Source of the DNA: Pirellulales bacterium
Lineage (GTDB): Bacteria > Planctomycetota > Planctomycetia > Pirellulales > UBA1268
Assembly: GCA_044346905.1 (NCBI GenBank)
Contig: JBIIYH010000001.1
Coordinates: 1 to 46,322 of the forward strand
DNA: 46,322 nt
Reading direction: 5' to 3'
Made by a program: the position numbers and the translations under genes. Shown here one piece after another: positions 1-9,540 of this stretch. The notes beneath the pieces were generated by a model. That model did no database searches, had not been told where the DNA came from, and saw nothing but the letters and a program-made list of their open reading frames with translations. How positions within the stretch are numbered: position 1 is the first letter of the stretch; every line of letters begins with the position of its first letter.

Positions 1-1
1 G

Positions 2-51
<50 letters not shown>

Positions 52-133
52 TCACTCCCTGCTCCAATGTCGGTGTCGGCACCGTTGGTCGTAGTATGTT
101 GCGGATGCTCTTACTTTCTCGGGATATAGGGGG

Positions 134-328
134 ATGCGTGATCCTGTCGTGAAAAATCGGCACGTCGTGAAAAACGATGATCGGAGTCAAAGGATCAGTG
201 GTGATCGTGTTGATCAGACCGTGAAAAAACCGTGGCTCGGGAAAGAGCGGCGGGAAGTTCGTGGCGTATCCAGTGCCTTGCCCGACCATGAGGGTCTGGC
301 CCATGCAACACCACGGAGGGAGCGATGA
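134..328 (+). CDS. hypothetical small basic protein (64 aa)
   Basis: ORF in the track. Its TGA overlaps the ATG of the next ORF (ATGA at 325-328), which suggests coupling. The region is visibly AT-richer than the rest of the window. No recognisable motif. Confidence 0.25.
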   Translation: MRDPVVKNRHVVKNDDRSQRISGDRVDQTVKKPWLGKERREVRGVSSALPDHEGLAHATPRRER

Positions 329-504
329 CAAACAAGACCTATGCGACGTTGGCCAAGCGGGCTGTGTTGGTCATGGCGGAGATCAAGGTGGCGACAGATA
401 CCTTTGATCGGGGCGATACGAATGTCTTTGATGCCCTCGACGCCATCAGGGTTGCCGTTGAGGCATACGCCAAGGAAGAAGACAGCGAACGGAAAGCAGC
501 CTGA
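325..504 (+). CDS. hypothetical small protein (59 aa, below the track cutoff)
   Basis: Hand translation: MTNKTYATLAKRAVLVMAEIKVATDTFDRGDTNVFDALDAIRVAVEAYAKEEDSERKAA, stop TGA 502-504. ATGA overlap with ORF 134-328. Confidence 0.3.
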   Translation: MTNKTYATLAKRAVLVMAEIKVATDTFDRGDTNVFDALDAIRVAVEAYAKEEDSERKAA

Positions 505-541
505 GTTGGCGTCTGGCTTCCCGTCAGTCGAGGTTGGCTGC

Positions 542-685
542 CTACACGAACGCCTTCTTGGCCGCCTCGTTGGCCTTTCCCTTCTCGGGCGGTGCCGTGA
601 CCTTGATCTTCAGGGCATCGCCCAGCCAGCCCACGATCTGGTTCCGTGCAGTCCCCGGCACGACCTTCACGTTGAGCCGAGTCAT
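542..685 (-). pseudogene. 3'-truncated DUF167 (YggU/UPF0235-like) gene fragment, 47 codons
   Basis: Hand translation: MTRLNVKVVPGTARNQIVGWLGDALKIKVTAPPEKGKANEAAKKAFV*. It matches the N-terminal half of DUF167 (K-V-x-V-x-P, ..I.V.APP..GKAN). The conserved C-terminal half (..V.I..G..SR.K) is missing. Confidence 0.45.
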
Positions 686-764
686 GGTTCAGTCCGGTCG
701 CCTACCCGTTGGGGCTCGAGTCCTTTTGCCCTGTCGCCACCGCAAGGGTTCGCTTTTGGGGGGT

Positions 765-794
765 GACGTAAAAAGCGACGTAGAAAGCGACGTC
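765..794. repeat. 2.5 tandem copies of a 12-bp unit GACGTARAAAGC
   Basis: Read directly: GACGTAAAAAGC (765-776), GACGTAGAAAGC (777-788), GACGTC (789-794). Intergenic, between the DUF167 fragment start and the tRNA 3' end. Confidence 0.7.
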
Positions 795-847
795 AGGATC
801 GTCGGCAGGAGGTGGCAGGGAGAGGCAGGTCGAAAAACGCCACCTGC

Positions 848-888
848 AAAAACGCCGAGAGGCAGAAGGTTTTGCAACCTCCTGCCTC
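848..888 (-). terminator. candidate hairpin terminator downstream of tRNA-Asn
   Basis: Stem GAGGCAG/CTGCCTC plus inner GGTT/AACC, loop TTGC (859-888). On the minus strand a TTTTT run (848-852) follows 6 nt later, so the T-run is not immediately adjacent to the stem. Confidence 0.35.
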
Positions 889-918
889 TGACTGCCACTC
901 AAGACATGAGTGGCGTAG

Positions 919-990
919 CTCCCCGAGTAGGACTCGAACCTACAACCTACCGGTTAACAGCCGGCCGCTCTACCATTGAGCTATCGGGGA
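919..990 (-). tRNA. tRNA-Asn (anticodon GTT), 72 nt, CCA not encoded
   Basis: Hand-folded cloverleaf on the minus strand. Acceptor TCCCCGA/TCGGGGA. D stem GCTC/GAGC. Anticodon stem GCCGG/CCGGT with loop CTGTTAA. T arm GTAGG-TTCGAGT-CCTAC. Discriminator G. Confidence 0.93.
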
Positions 991-1072
991 TCGACGGAGA
1001 AGCGAGCCACCTAGAATAGCGATCCCCGCGGGCGAAAGCGAGGGTTTCCGGCGGGCTCGTTGGTTCGCCGGT

Positions 1073-1516
1073 TCAGGCTTCCGCCGGCTGATCGCCCCGC
1101 CGCTTCTCCAGCACCACGCTGTTGCCCTTGGCGTTGTAGGCGATCCGCGTCATGAACGACCGCATCAGCATCACGCCCCGGCCGCCAGGCGCCTCGAGCC
1201 GCTCCTCGAGCGTGCAATCGGGCACGCTCGTGGGATCGAATCCCTCCCCTTCGTCGGTCACCTCCAGACGGACGAACTCAGGCGACACGTGGCACTCCAC
1301 GTGCACCGTCTTCTTCGGGTCGAGTCGGTTGCCATGGACGACCGCGTTGACGAGCGCCTCCTCGGCCGCGAGGTGAATCGCGAAGATCTCGTCGGGCTGC
1401 CAGCCGTGCTGGCCGAGCTGCTCGAGCAGCTCGTCGGTCACCAGCCGGCTCGAGCCCCGCTCGCTGGGCAGCGTGACCGACCGCCGCCATGCCGCTGTCG
1501 AGGGTTGCTCTGCCAT
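1073..1516 (-). CDS. anti-sigma factor serine kinase, RsbW/SpoIIAB-like (GHKL ATPase fold)
   Basis: 147 aa. Contains EEALVNAVVHGN (N-box-like), TDEGEGFD and GGRGVMLM (G-boxes), typical of HATPase_c_2 anti-sigma kinases. Sits directly downstream of a STAS gene. Confidence 0.8.
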   Translation of the reverse strand: MAEQPSTAAWRRSVTLPSERGSSRLVTDELLEQLGQHGWQPDEIFAIHLAAEEALVNAVVHGNRLDPKKTVHVECHVSPEFVRLEVTDEGEGFDPTSVPDCTLEERLEAPGGRGVMLMRSFMTRIAYNAKGNSVVLEKRRGDQPAEA

Positions 1517-1562
1517 CGTGTCGCTCCGAAATCCGCCCTCCGCCCGGCTGTCGCCGCCGCCG

Positions 1563-1913
1563 TCAGAAGGCCGCCAGGGCCTCGGCCGAGTCCGGCCGAA
1601 TATCGAACACCTTGTTCAGTTTCGTGACCTCGAACACCTCGAGGATGCCCGGCGTGAGGCCGCAGATTTTTAGCCGGCCTTTCGCAGTCTTCACCTTGCG
1701 GTCGAACGTGATCAGTTTGCCGAGGGCCGCGCTCGAAAGAAACTCCACCCCGTCGAAATCCAGGAGGATGGTCTTGCGATTATCGACCTCGACCAGGCCG
1801 AACAGCTCGGCGCCAAGCTCCTGGATCGCGGCCTCGTCGAGAATCTTGCGGTCGCGAAACTTCACGACCGAGACGTCGCCGGTCTTTGTCACGTCGATCC
1901 GCTGGGTCGCCAT
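1563..1913 (-). CDS. STAS-domain anti-sigma-factor antagonist (RsbV/SpoIIAA-like)
   Basis: 116 aa from the internal ATG (cat at 1911-1913): MATQRIDVTKTGDVSVVKFRDRKILDEAAIQELG...LLDFDGVEFLSSAALGKLI. The DF..V.F.SSAALG motif holds the phosphorylatable serine context. The track ORF start at 2036 looks like an upstream extension. Confidence 0.85.
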   Translation of the reverse strand: MATQRIDVTKTGDVSVVKFRDRKILDEAAIQELGAELFGLVEVDNRKTILLDFDGVEFLSSAALGKLITFDRKVKTAKGRLKICGLTPGILEVFEVTKLNKVFDIRPDSAEALAAF

Positions 1914-2317
1914 CCTCTGTTCCTCGCTCGGGAAGCACTGCCGCACCGCAAAAGCCCGCACCTTAGCGGTTTGGACGCCCCTTCGCCATCTAGGCCGGGC
2001 CCTGCTGGGCCGCCGGGAGTCCAGATCGTTCCTCAATGGCCCGCTGCCAATCTGGCAGCGGCGGCAGGGTGCCGGAGGGCCTCAATGGGTTCCCTGCCGG
2101 CAGCGGAATTTCGGCGTCAAAACGGCTGATTCTGCGGGTTGATTCACTCGGCGGTGCATCCGGCGCGCGACTTGCTTACATGGGTGGGGCCGGTCGGGTT
2201 CAGGCCGGCGACGGCAGGCGGCCGTCGGCGGCTCCCGGCCTCCGGGCAGGGGGGCTGCATCCGCCCCCGGCCGATCGAACCCCATTTCCGTCTCCCTTCC
2301 GAGAGGTTCACGCACGC

Positions 2318-2641
2318 ATGTCAGCCACCGCCACCAAGCCAGCCCGTAAGAAGTCCACGTTGATTCCGCTCGGCGACCGAGTCGTCGTGGAGCGTGAAGA
2401 GGGCGAGCAGAGGACGTCCGGCGGCATCCTCCTCCCCGACTCCGCCAAGGACAAGCCGGCCCGTGGCACGGTCGTGAGCGTCGGTGAGGGCAAGTGCGAC
2501 TCCAAGGGGATCCGCCACCCGCTCCAGGTCAAGCCCGGAGATCGAGTCGTGTTCACGAGCTACGCCGGCGAGGCCTTCAAGGTCGGTGACGACGAGCTGC
2601 TCTTGATGCGGGAAGACGACATCCTCGCGATCCTCGGCTGA
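2318..2641 (+). CDS. groES: co-chaperonin GroES
   Basis: 107 aa. Contains IPLGDRVVVEREE...SGGILLPDSAKDKP.RGTVVSVGEG...GDRVVF, the canonical Cpn10 pattern. Lies immediately upstream of groEL. Confidence 0.95.
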   Translation: MSATATKPARKKSTLIPLGDRVVVEREEGEQRTSGGILLPDSAKDKPARGTVVSVGEGKCDSKGIRHPLQVKPGDRVVFTSYAGEAFKVGDDELLLMREDDILAILG

Positions 2642-2730
2642 GCGTGGCCGGCGGCCCGCCGGCTACGGAACCCCAAGCCCGATTTCACGAACCACTTTCG
2701 AACTGCAACCCCAGCGACAGGAGAATCTGA

Positions 2731-4362
<1,632 letters not shown>

Positions 4363-4388
4363 TCTCACGGCGGCCGAATCATTCAGCG

Positions 4389-4425
4389 ATCGGGGCGGCC
4401 TGCGGGTCGCCCCGATCCTTTTTTT
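4389..4425 (+). terminator. rho-independent terminator of groESL
   Basis: Stem ATCGGGGCG (4389-4397) / CGCCCCGAT (4408-4416), followed by CC and a 7-T run (4419-4425). Starts 27 nt after the groEL stop. Confidence 0.75.
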
Positions 4426-4449
4426 CATCCGAGAGTGGCGCAACTCGGA

Positions 4450-4524
4450 GGGGTTGCCCGTGCCAATCGAGCGGACGGCAGGATGCCGGTAGCGAGCGTC
4501 CAGCGAGATGGCACGGGCAACCCC
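4450..4524 (+). repeat. palindromic intergenic repeat, copy A (75 bp, one internal module)
   Basis: Perfect 16-bp terminal inverted repeat GGGGTTGCCCGTGCCA / TGGCACGGGCAACCCC. It encloses ATCGAGCGGACGGCAGGATGCCGGTAGCGAGCGTCCAGCGAGA. Homologous to copies at 10856, 40431, 41732, 43580 and 44709. Confidence 0.85.
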
Positions 4525-4531
4525 GGGCCAT

Positions 4532-4729
4532 TCACTGCGACCCGCGGAACATGTGGCCGCGAGTTTTCGCGGCCGAGTCGCCGAGCGCGTCGAGGGGCAC
4601 GAAGCCGTCGCTGCCGGGCGGGCCGGCCGGCGGCGGGCCACAGGTGGGCCGAGTGAGCTGCCGCCAGAGCGTGCGACCTAGCCAGCAGGCCGCGGCGACC
4701 GCGATGGCGATAGCCAGGGCGTCTTGCAT
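4532..4729 (-). CDS. small FeoB-associated membrane protein candidate (65 aa)
   Basis: ATG (cat 4727-4729) lies 2 nt after the feoB stop. Sequence: MQDALAIAIAVAAACWLGRTLWRQLTRPTCGPPPAG.... One N-terminal hydrophobic helix with Cys residues. Position and size resemble the small Cys-containing membrane ORFs often found after feoB. Confidence 0.45.
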   Translation of the reverse strand: MQDALAIAIAVAAACWLGRTLWRQLTRPTCGPPPAGPPGSDGFVPLDALGDSAAKTRGHMFRGSQ

Positions 4730-4731
4730 CG

Positions 4732-6723
4732 CTACCAGCCCATCCAGGTGGCGAGCTGGTAGGTCGCGAAGGCGGCCAGCCAGGCGAGCACCGTCATGTA
4801 GGTGAAGGTGACCACGGGCCAGACCCAGCTCTGCGTCTCGCGGCCGATCACGACGAGCGTGCTCGCGCACTGGGCACACAGCGCGAAGAACACCATGATC
4901 GAGAGGGCCACCGGCAGCGTGAACACCGGCCGGTCGGTGCCGTCCCAGCGGGCCGCCTTCAGACGCCGCTCGAGGGCCGTGCCCTCTGCCTCCTCGGGCG
5001 GCAGGCTGTAGAGCACCGCCAGCGTGCCGAGCACCACCTCGCGGGCCGGAAAGCTCGCGATCGCCGCGCAGCCGAGCCGCCAGTCCCAGCCCAGCGGGCG
5101 GACGACCGGTTCGACGAACCTGCCGGCGCGGCCGAGGACACTGCCCCGCTGGATCGCAGCCCGGCGAGCGGCCTCGACGTCGGCCTCGGGCTCACCGGCC
5201 GCCACGGCCGCCTCGGCATCGGCGGCAAGCGTCGCCTCGTTCCGCGGATAGTTCGACAGGGCCCAGACCAGGACGCTGACCGCGAGGATCAGCGTGCCGG
5301 CGTTTTGCAGGAACGACCACACGGCCTCGCGGGCCCGCTCGAGGACGACCGCCGCCTGCGGCCACCGCCAGCGGGGCAGCTCCATCACGAAGGGCTGCGG
5401 CGGCCCGCGAAAGAACGTCCGGGAGAGCACCCAGGCCACGGCCGCGGCCACCGCGATACCCAGGGCATACATCCCCGCCAGCACCACCGCCGGCAGCCGC
5501 AGCCAGGGGATGCCGACGGCGACGTCGGGCACGAAGGCCCCGGCGAGCAGGAGGTAAACGGGCAGCCGCGCCGAGCAGCTCATCAGGGGTGCCACCAGGA
5601 TCGTGAGCAACCGGTCGCGGCGGTTGTCGATCGTGCGGGCCGCCATGATCCCCGGGATCGCGCAGGCGAAGCTCGAGAGTAGCGGAATGAACGACTTGCC
5701 CGACAGGCCCACGCCCACGAGCAGCCTGTCCATCAAGTACGCCGCCCGGGCCAGATAGCCGCAGCCCTCGAGCGCCGCGATGAACAGGAACAAGACCGCG
5801 ATCTGCGGCACGAACACCACGACCCCGCCGACTCCTGCGAGCACTCCATCGACCACGAGCTCGCGAATCGCCCCCTCCGGCAGCCGCCCGGCGACCCAGG
5901 CCGACAGGCCGTCCATGCCGGCCGAGATCAGGTCCATCAGGGGCGCGGCCAACCAGAAGATCGAGCTGAAGACCGCGAGCATCACCGCCGCGAACACGAG
6001 CGTGCCCCAGAGTCGGTGGGTCAGCAGCCGGTCGATCTGGTCCTCGGGCAGCCGGCCGGCCGGCTGGGTCTGCGACGTGATCCCTGCGAGCAGTCGCTCG
6101 ATCGCGGCATAGCGGGCGATCGCCGCGCGGGCCGCCGTCGGACGGTGGGCGTGGGCCGGATCGGCGGGGAGCGGCAGCGGCCGGGGCGGGCCGTTGGCGG
6201 CGGCAACGAGAATCGCGTCTTTGAGCGCGGCGAGCCCTTCGCCCTGCGGCGTGGCGACGGGGATCACGGGGCAGCCGAGCCGGCGGGCGAGCTCGGGAGA
6301 GTCGATCGAGCGGCCCTGGCGGCGGCCGATGTCGCTGAGCGTCAATGCCACCACCAGCGGCAGCCCGAGCTCGGTGGCCTGCGTGGCGAGGAACAGGTTG
6401 CGCTCGAGGTTCGTCGCGTCGGCGACCATCACGACCGCGTCGGGTCGCGGCACGCCCGGCTGCCGGCCGTGGAGGACGTCGATGGCCACCTGCTCGTCGG
6501 GCCCCTGGGGGGTGAGGCTGTAGGTGCCGGGCAGATCGACCAGCTCGATCTCACGGCCACGATGCACGAACCGGCCGAGCTTCTCCTCGACCGTGACGCC
6601 GGGGTAGTTGCCCACGCGGGTGGGAATGCCGGCCAGCGCCGAGAACAGCGTGCTCTTGCCGGTGTTGGGGTTACCGAGCAGGGCCACGGTCAGCCGCGCC
6701 GGTGCGGGATCGCTCGGGGGCAT
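4732..6723 (-). CDS. feoB: ferrous iron transporter FeoB
   Basis: 663 aa. N-terminal G domain (GNPNTGKST, DLPG) followed by a long polytopic membrane domain. Confidence 0.95.
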   Translation of the reverse strand: MPPSDPAPARLTVALLGNPNTGKSTLFSALAGIPTRVGNYPGVTVEEKLGRFVHRGREIELVDLPGTYSLTPQGPDEQVAIDVLHGRQPGVPRPDAVVMVADATNLERNLFLATQATELGLPLVVALTLSDIGRRQGRSIDSPELARRLGCPVIPVATPQGEGLAALKDAILVAAANGPPRPLPLPADPAHAHRPTAARAAIARYAAIERLLAGITSQTQPAGRLPEDQIDRLLTHRLWGTLVFAAVMLAVFSSIFWLAAPLMDLISAGMDGLSAWVAGRLPEGAIRELVVDGVLAGVGGVVVFVPQIAVLFLFIAALEGCGYLARAAYLMDRLLVGVGLSGKSFIPLLSSFACAIPGIMAARTIDNRRDRLLTILVAPLMSCSARLPVYLLLAGAFVPDVAVGIPWLRLPAVVLAGMYALGIAVAAAVAWVLSRTFFRGPPQPFVMELPRWRWPQAAVVLERAREAVWSFLQNAGTLILAVSVLVWALSNYPRNEATLAADAEAAVAAGEPEADVEAARRAAIQRGSVLGRAGRFVEPVVRPLGWDWRLGCAAIASFPAREVVLGTLAVLYSLPPEEAEGTALERRLKAARWDGTDRPVFTLPVALSIMVFFALCAQCASTLVVIGRETQSWVWPVVTFTYMTVLAWLAAFATYQLATWMGW

Positions 6724-6780
6724 GGTCGGGAGTCGCTCGTGATGCCAGGGAAGGGGGCGACCGCGGCCCGGGACGGTCGT

Positions 6781-7080
6781 TCAGGCTCGCGCGACGGTCA
6801 CGCGGGCCGCCTCGGCCAGACGGATCGAGAGCCGATAGCCGCGGAGCTCGAGCTCGAGCGGATCGCCAAAGGGAGCCCGGCCGAGCACCCTGACGGCGAC
6901 ACCCGGCGTGAGCCCCATCTCCAACAGCCGGATCGCCACCGCATCGTCGCCCTCGACGTCGAGCACGCGGACCGTGTCGCCCACGGCGACGGTGTCGAGG
7001 CTGGTCGAGGGGGCGGGCATCTGGAGATCGGGCGGAGATCGGGAGGCGTTGCGGACAGGCTGACTGAACCTGACAATCAA
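6781..7080 (-). CDS. feoA: FeoA-domain protein
   Basis: Contains GDTVRVLDVEGDDAVAIRLLEMGLTPGVAVRVLGRAPFGDPLELELRGYRLSIR, the FeoA SH3-like pattern. An alternative start at ATG 7020 (79 aa) is equally plausible. Confidence 0.85.
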   Translation of the reverse strand: MIVRFSQPVRNASRSPPDLQMPAPSTSLDTVAVGDTVRVLDVEGDDAVAIRLLEMGLTPGVAVRVLGRAPFGDPLELELRGYRLSIRLAEAARVTVARA

Positions 7081-7086
7081 TCGTCA
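7071..7086. promoter_or_regulatory. imperfect palindrome TGACAATCAATCGTCA upstream of or overlapping the feoA start (weak Fur-box-like candidate)
   Basis: Read directly. The half-sites TGACAATC and AATCGTCA match 6 of 8 as an inverted repeat. AT-rich island in a GC-rich context, 5' of an iron-uptake operon. Poor match to the classical Fur consensus. Confidence 0.2.
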
Positions 7087-7170
7087 GCATAGTCGGGACG
7101 ACCAGGATCGGCCGTATCGGCCCGGTCGCGGCCTGGCCTGCTGTCCGCGGAAACCGCCCCCGAGCCGACC

Positions 7171-7941
7171 ATGACCGACCTGCCCCGCCGCGGCCTGTTC
7201 GTGGTCGGCACCGACACCGATGTCGGCAAGACCGCGGTCGCGGTGGCGATTCTTCGGGGACTCGTCGCGGCAGGCCGGCGGGTGGCGGCCTACAAGCCGG
7301 TGGCCAGCGGGATCGCCGCGGCCGCCGAGCCGGGTGGCGACCCCGAGCGACTCTGGGAGGCAGCCGGCCGGGGCGGAGCGATCACATCCGTCTGCCCCCA
7401 GTGCTTCAGGCCGCCGCTGTCGCCGCCGCGGGCCGCTCGCGCCGCGGGCCGCGTGGTCGACGAGCCTCTGCTCCGCACGGGTCTGGCAGTCTGGCGGCAT
7501 CACGAGCTCGCGGTGGTCGAGGGAGCCGGCGGGCTGTTCTCACCGCTGGCCGCGGCAACGCTCGGCGCGGACCTGGCCCGCGAGTTCGGCTACCCGCTGG
7601 TGGTCGTCGATTCCGCCCGGCTGGGGGCGATCGGGCGGACGCTCGCCACCGTCCGGGCGGCCCGGGCCGCAGGGCTCACGGTCGCGGCCTGCGTGCTCTC
7701 GCAGGTCACGCCGCCGCGGGGCGGGCCCGACGATCCGGAGAGTGACGTCGCGATCGCCGCCGCGAACGTGGCCGACCTCGAGCCACTCCTGGCCGACGTG
7801 CCCGTCACGCTGCTCTCCCACGGGGCGACCGGCTTCGCGCCGCCGCTCGACTGGTGGGCCCTGGCTGGCGGGCCCGCGTCACGCTCGAGCGTCACGCATC
7901 CCGGAGCCGGGCCGCCGCCTCCGCGGCCGGCAGCGGGGTGA
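7171..7941 (+). CDS. bioD: dethiobiotin synthase
   Basis: Contains GLFVVGTDTDVGKTAV (BioD P-loop G-T-D-T-x-V-GKT), AYKPVASG and VVEGAGG. The 3' end overlaps the convergent next gene by 50 nt. Confidence 0.85.
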   Translation: MTDLPRRGLFVVGTDTDVGKTAVAVAILRGLVAAGRRVAAYKPVASGIAAAAEPGGDPERLWEAAGRGGAITSVCPQCFRPPLSPPRAARAAGRVVDEPLLRTGLAVWRHHELAVVEGAGGLFSPLAAATLGADLAREFGYPLVVVDSARLGAIGRTLATVRAARAAGLTVAACVLSQVTPPRGGPDDPESDVAIAAANVADLEPLLADVPVTLLSHGATGFAPPLDWWALAGGPASRSSVTHPGAGPPPPRPAAG

Positions 7942-8893
7942 TGTGGCAGCCGGTGCCGAGCTCGAAGCCCGCCAACTGGTTGACCCGCGGCAGGATCTCG
8001 AGGTGCCAGTGCCAGCGGTCGGTCGCCGCCTGGGCCGCTGTCGGCCGCCAGACCGCCTCGTGCAGCCACCAGTTGAAGTCGGCCCCGGGCAGGATCCGCG
8101 CGAGCCGGCCGACCAAGTCGCGGGTCAGGTCCGCCAGCGTCACTGCCCGGTCCGGCGGCGCGGCATGGAAGTGGGGCTCGCGATCGGTCGGCACGATCCA
8201 GATCTCTCCTGGCTGCCGCGGCGCCGCCGGCACGAGGGCCACGAGCCCGTCGGCTTCGGTGACGATCCGTCGCTCGCCCGCCGCCTCCTCGAGCAGCGTG
8301 GCGAACGGATCGGCCTGCCGCGCGGCCGCCGCGAACTCGGCCGCCACCGCCGGCGGCACGAAATCCACCGCCACGAGCTGGCTGTGGACATGCTCGAGCG
8401 ACGCGCCGGCCCGGGGCCCCGAGTTCTTGAACACCGTGCCCCAGGCGAGGTCGTCCCGGCGGGCGAGGCTCGCCAGCCGGCACTGCACGAGCGCCCACGA
8501 GGCCTGCCAGCCGGCCGGGTCGATCGTGGTCACGTGCGTGTCGTGCCGCGGTGACTCGATCACCACCTCGTGCACGCCGTGGGCCGGCCGGCTCGGGCCC
8601 TGGCCGATCGGATCCGCCGCCGGCGCCACGAAGGGATAGCGGTTGGGGATGATCCGGGCCTGCCAGGCCGCGGTCGCATCGGCTGGGGCCCGCAGCACGG
8701 CGGGCGGCGTGAGCGACTCGTTGCCCGCGCAGAACGGGCACCACCCCGCCGCGTCGGCCCCGCCTGAGCCCGCCGCGAGCTCCGCGTCGGTGGGCCGCTC
8801 GTCGCGACCCGGGGCCACGAACACGGCGCGGCCGGTGCGATCGTCGTGATGCACGAGCGGCGGGCGGGACGCGGCGGCGGAAGGCGGGATCAT
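7892..8893 (-). CDS. galactose-1-phosphate uridylyltransferase / ADP-glucose phosphorylase family (HIT branch III)
   Basis: 333 aa. Contains CPFCAGNE (zinc motif), IPNRYPF and the H-x-H-x-Q active-site pattern (EHVHSQL). Confidence 0.75.
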   Translation of the reverse strand: MIPPSAAASRPPLVHHDDRTGRAVFVAPGRDERPTDAELAAGSGGADAAGWCPFCAGNESLTPPAVLRAPADATAAWQARIIPNRYPFVAPAADPIGQGPSRPAHGVHEVVIESPRHDTHVTTIDPAGWQASWALVQCRLASLARRDDLAWGTVFKNSGPRAGASLEHVHSQLVAVDFVPPAVAAEFAAAARQADPFATLLEEAAGERRIVTEADGLVALVPAAPRQPGEIWIVPTDREPHFHAAPPDRAVTLADLTRDLVGRLARILPGADFNWWLHEAVWRPTAAQAATDRWHWHLEILPRVNQLAGFELGTGCHITPLPAAEAAARLRDA

Positions 8894-9001
8894 CGCATCC
8901 AGTATGCCCGCGCCCGCCAGGGCGGGCTTTCGTGTTGAACCGCCCCTGTCGTGGCCGTAGACTCGGCGACTCCAAGCTCACCGTTTTTCGGAGGAATCCG
9001 C

Positions 9002-9532
9002 ATGCTCACCGTCGGCGACTCGTTTCCCCAGTTCTCCTGCCAGGCCTGTGTCGGCACCGGCAAGGACGACGTGAAACTGCTCTCGAACGCCGATTACGCG
9101 GGCAAGTGGGTGGTCTACTTCTTCTATCCCAAGGACTTCACGTTCGTCTGCCCGACCGAGCTCGCGGAGTTCAACAAGCAGCTGGGAGCCTTTTCCGACC
9201 GCGACACGAGCGTGGTGGGCGGGAGCACCGACAACGAGTATTCCCACCTCGCCTGGCGCCGGAGCCATCCCGACCTCGAGAAGCTCGGCTACCCGCTGAT
9301 CGCGGCCCAGAAGCTGTCCGCTGAACTCGGGATCCTGGAGAAGACCGAGGGCTACTGCCTGCGGGCCACCTTCATCGTCGATCCCCACGGCGTGATCCAG
9401 TGGGTGGACGTCAATCAGGGCCGCGTCGGCCGCAACGTGGCCGAGGTCGTCCGCGTCCTCGACGCCCTCCAGAGCGACGAGCTCTGCCCGTGCAACTGGA
9501 AGAAGGGCGATCCCTACGTGAAGGTCGGCTGA
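9002..9532 (+). CDS. peroxiredoxin (AhpC/Prx1-type)
   Basis: Starts at ATG 9002, preceded by GGAGGA. Contains KWVVYFFYPKDFTFVCPTEL (peroxidatic Cys motif) and a C-terminal Cys pair. Confidence 0.9.
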   Translation: MLTVGDSFPQFSCQACVGTGKDDVKLLSNADYAGKWVVYFFYPKDFTFVCPTELAEFNKQLGAFSDRDTSVVGGSTDNEYSHLAWRRSHPDLEKLGYPLIAAQKLSAELGILEKTEGYCLRATFIVDPHGVIQWVDVNQGRVGRNVAEVVRVLDALQSDELCPCNWKKGDPYVKVG

Positions 9533-9540
9533 CGCCCGGC

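Noticed and set aside
2040-2317. Looked for a CIRCE operator (TTAGCACTC-N9-GAGTGCTAA) or a sigma-32 promoter upstream of groES
   Set aside because: No CIRCE-like inverted repeat is present. CCCCATTT at 2280-2287 resembles a sigma-32 -10 element, but no CTTGAAA-like -35 lies at the proper spacing, so no call is made.
7220-8981. 444-aa (+) and 463-aa (-) ORFs spanning bioD and the GalT-like gene
   Set aside because: They are out-of-frame or antisense to two genes with clear catalytic motifs. Their composition is dominated by Arg, Pro, Gly and Ala.
9400-9540. ATG 9400 as the dgkA start
   Set aside because: It would overlap the last 133 nt of the peroxiredoxin gene and add a Pro/Arg-rich N-terminus that is not part of the DgkA fold. 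Non-ATG starts after the stop fit the family length.
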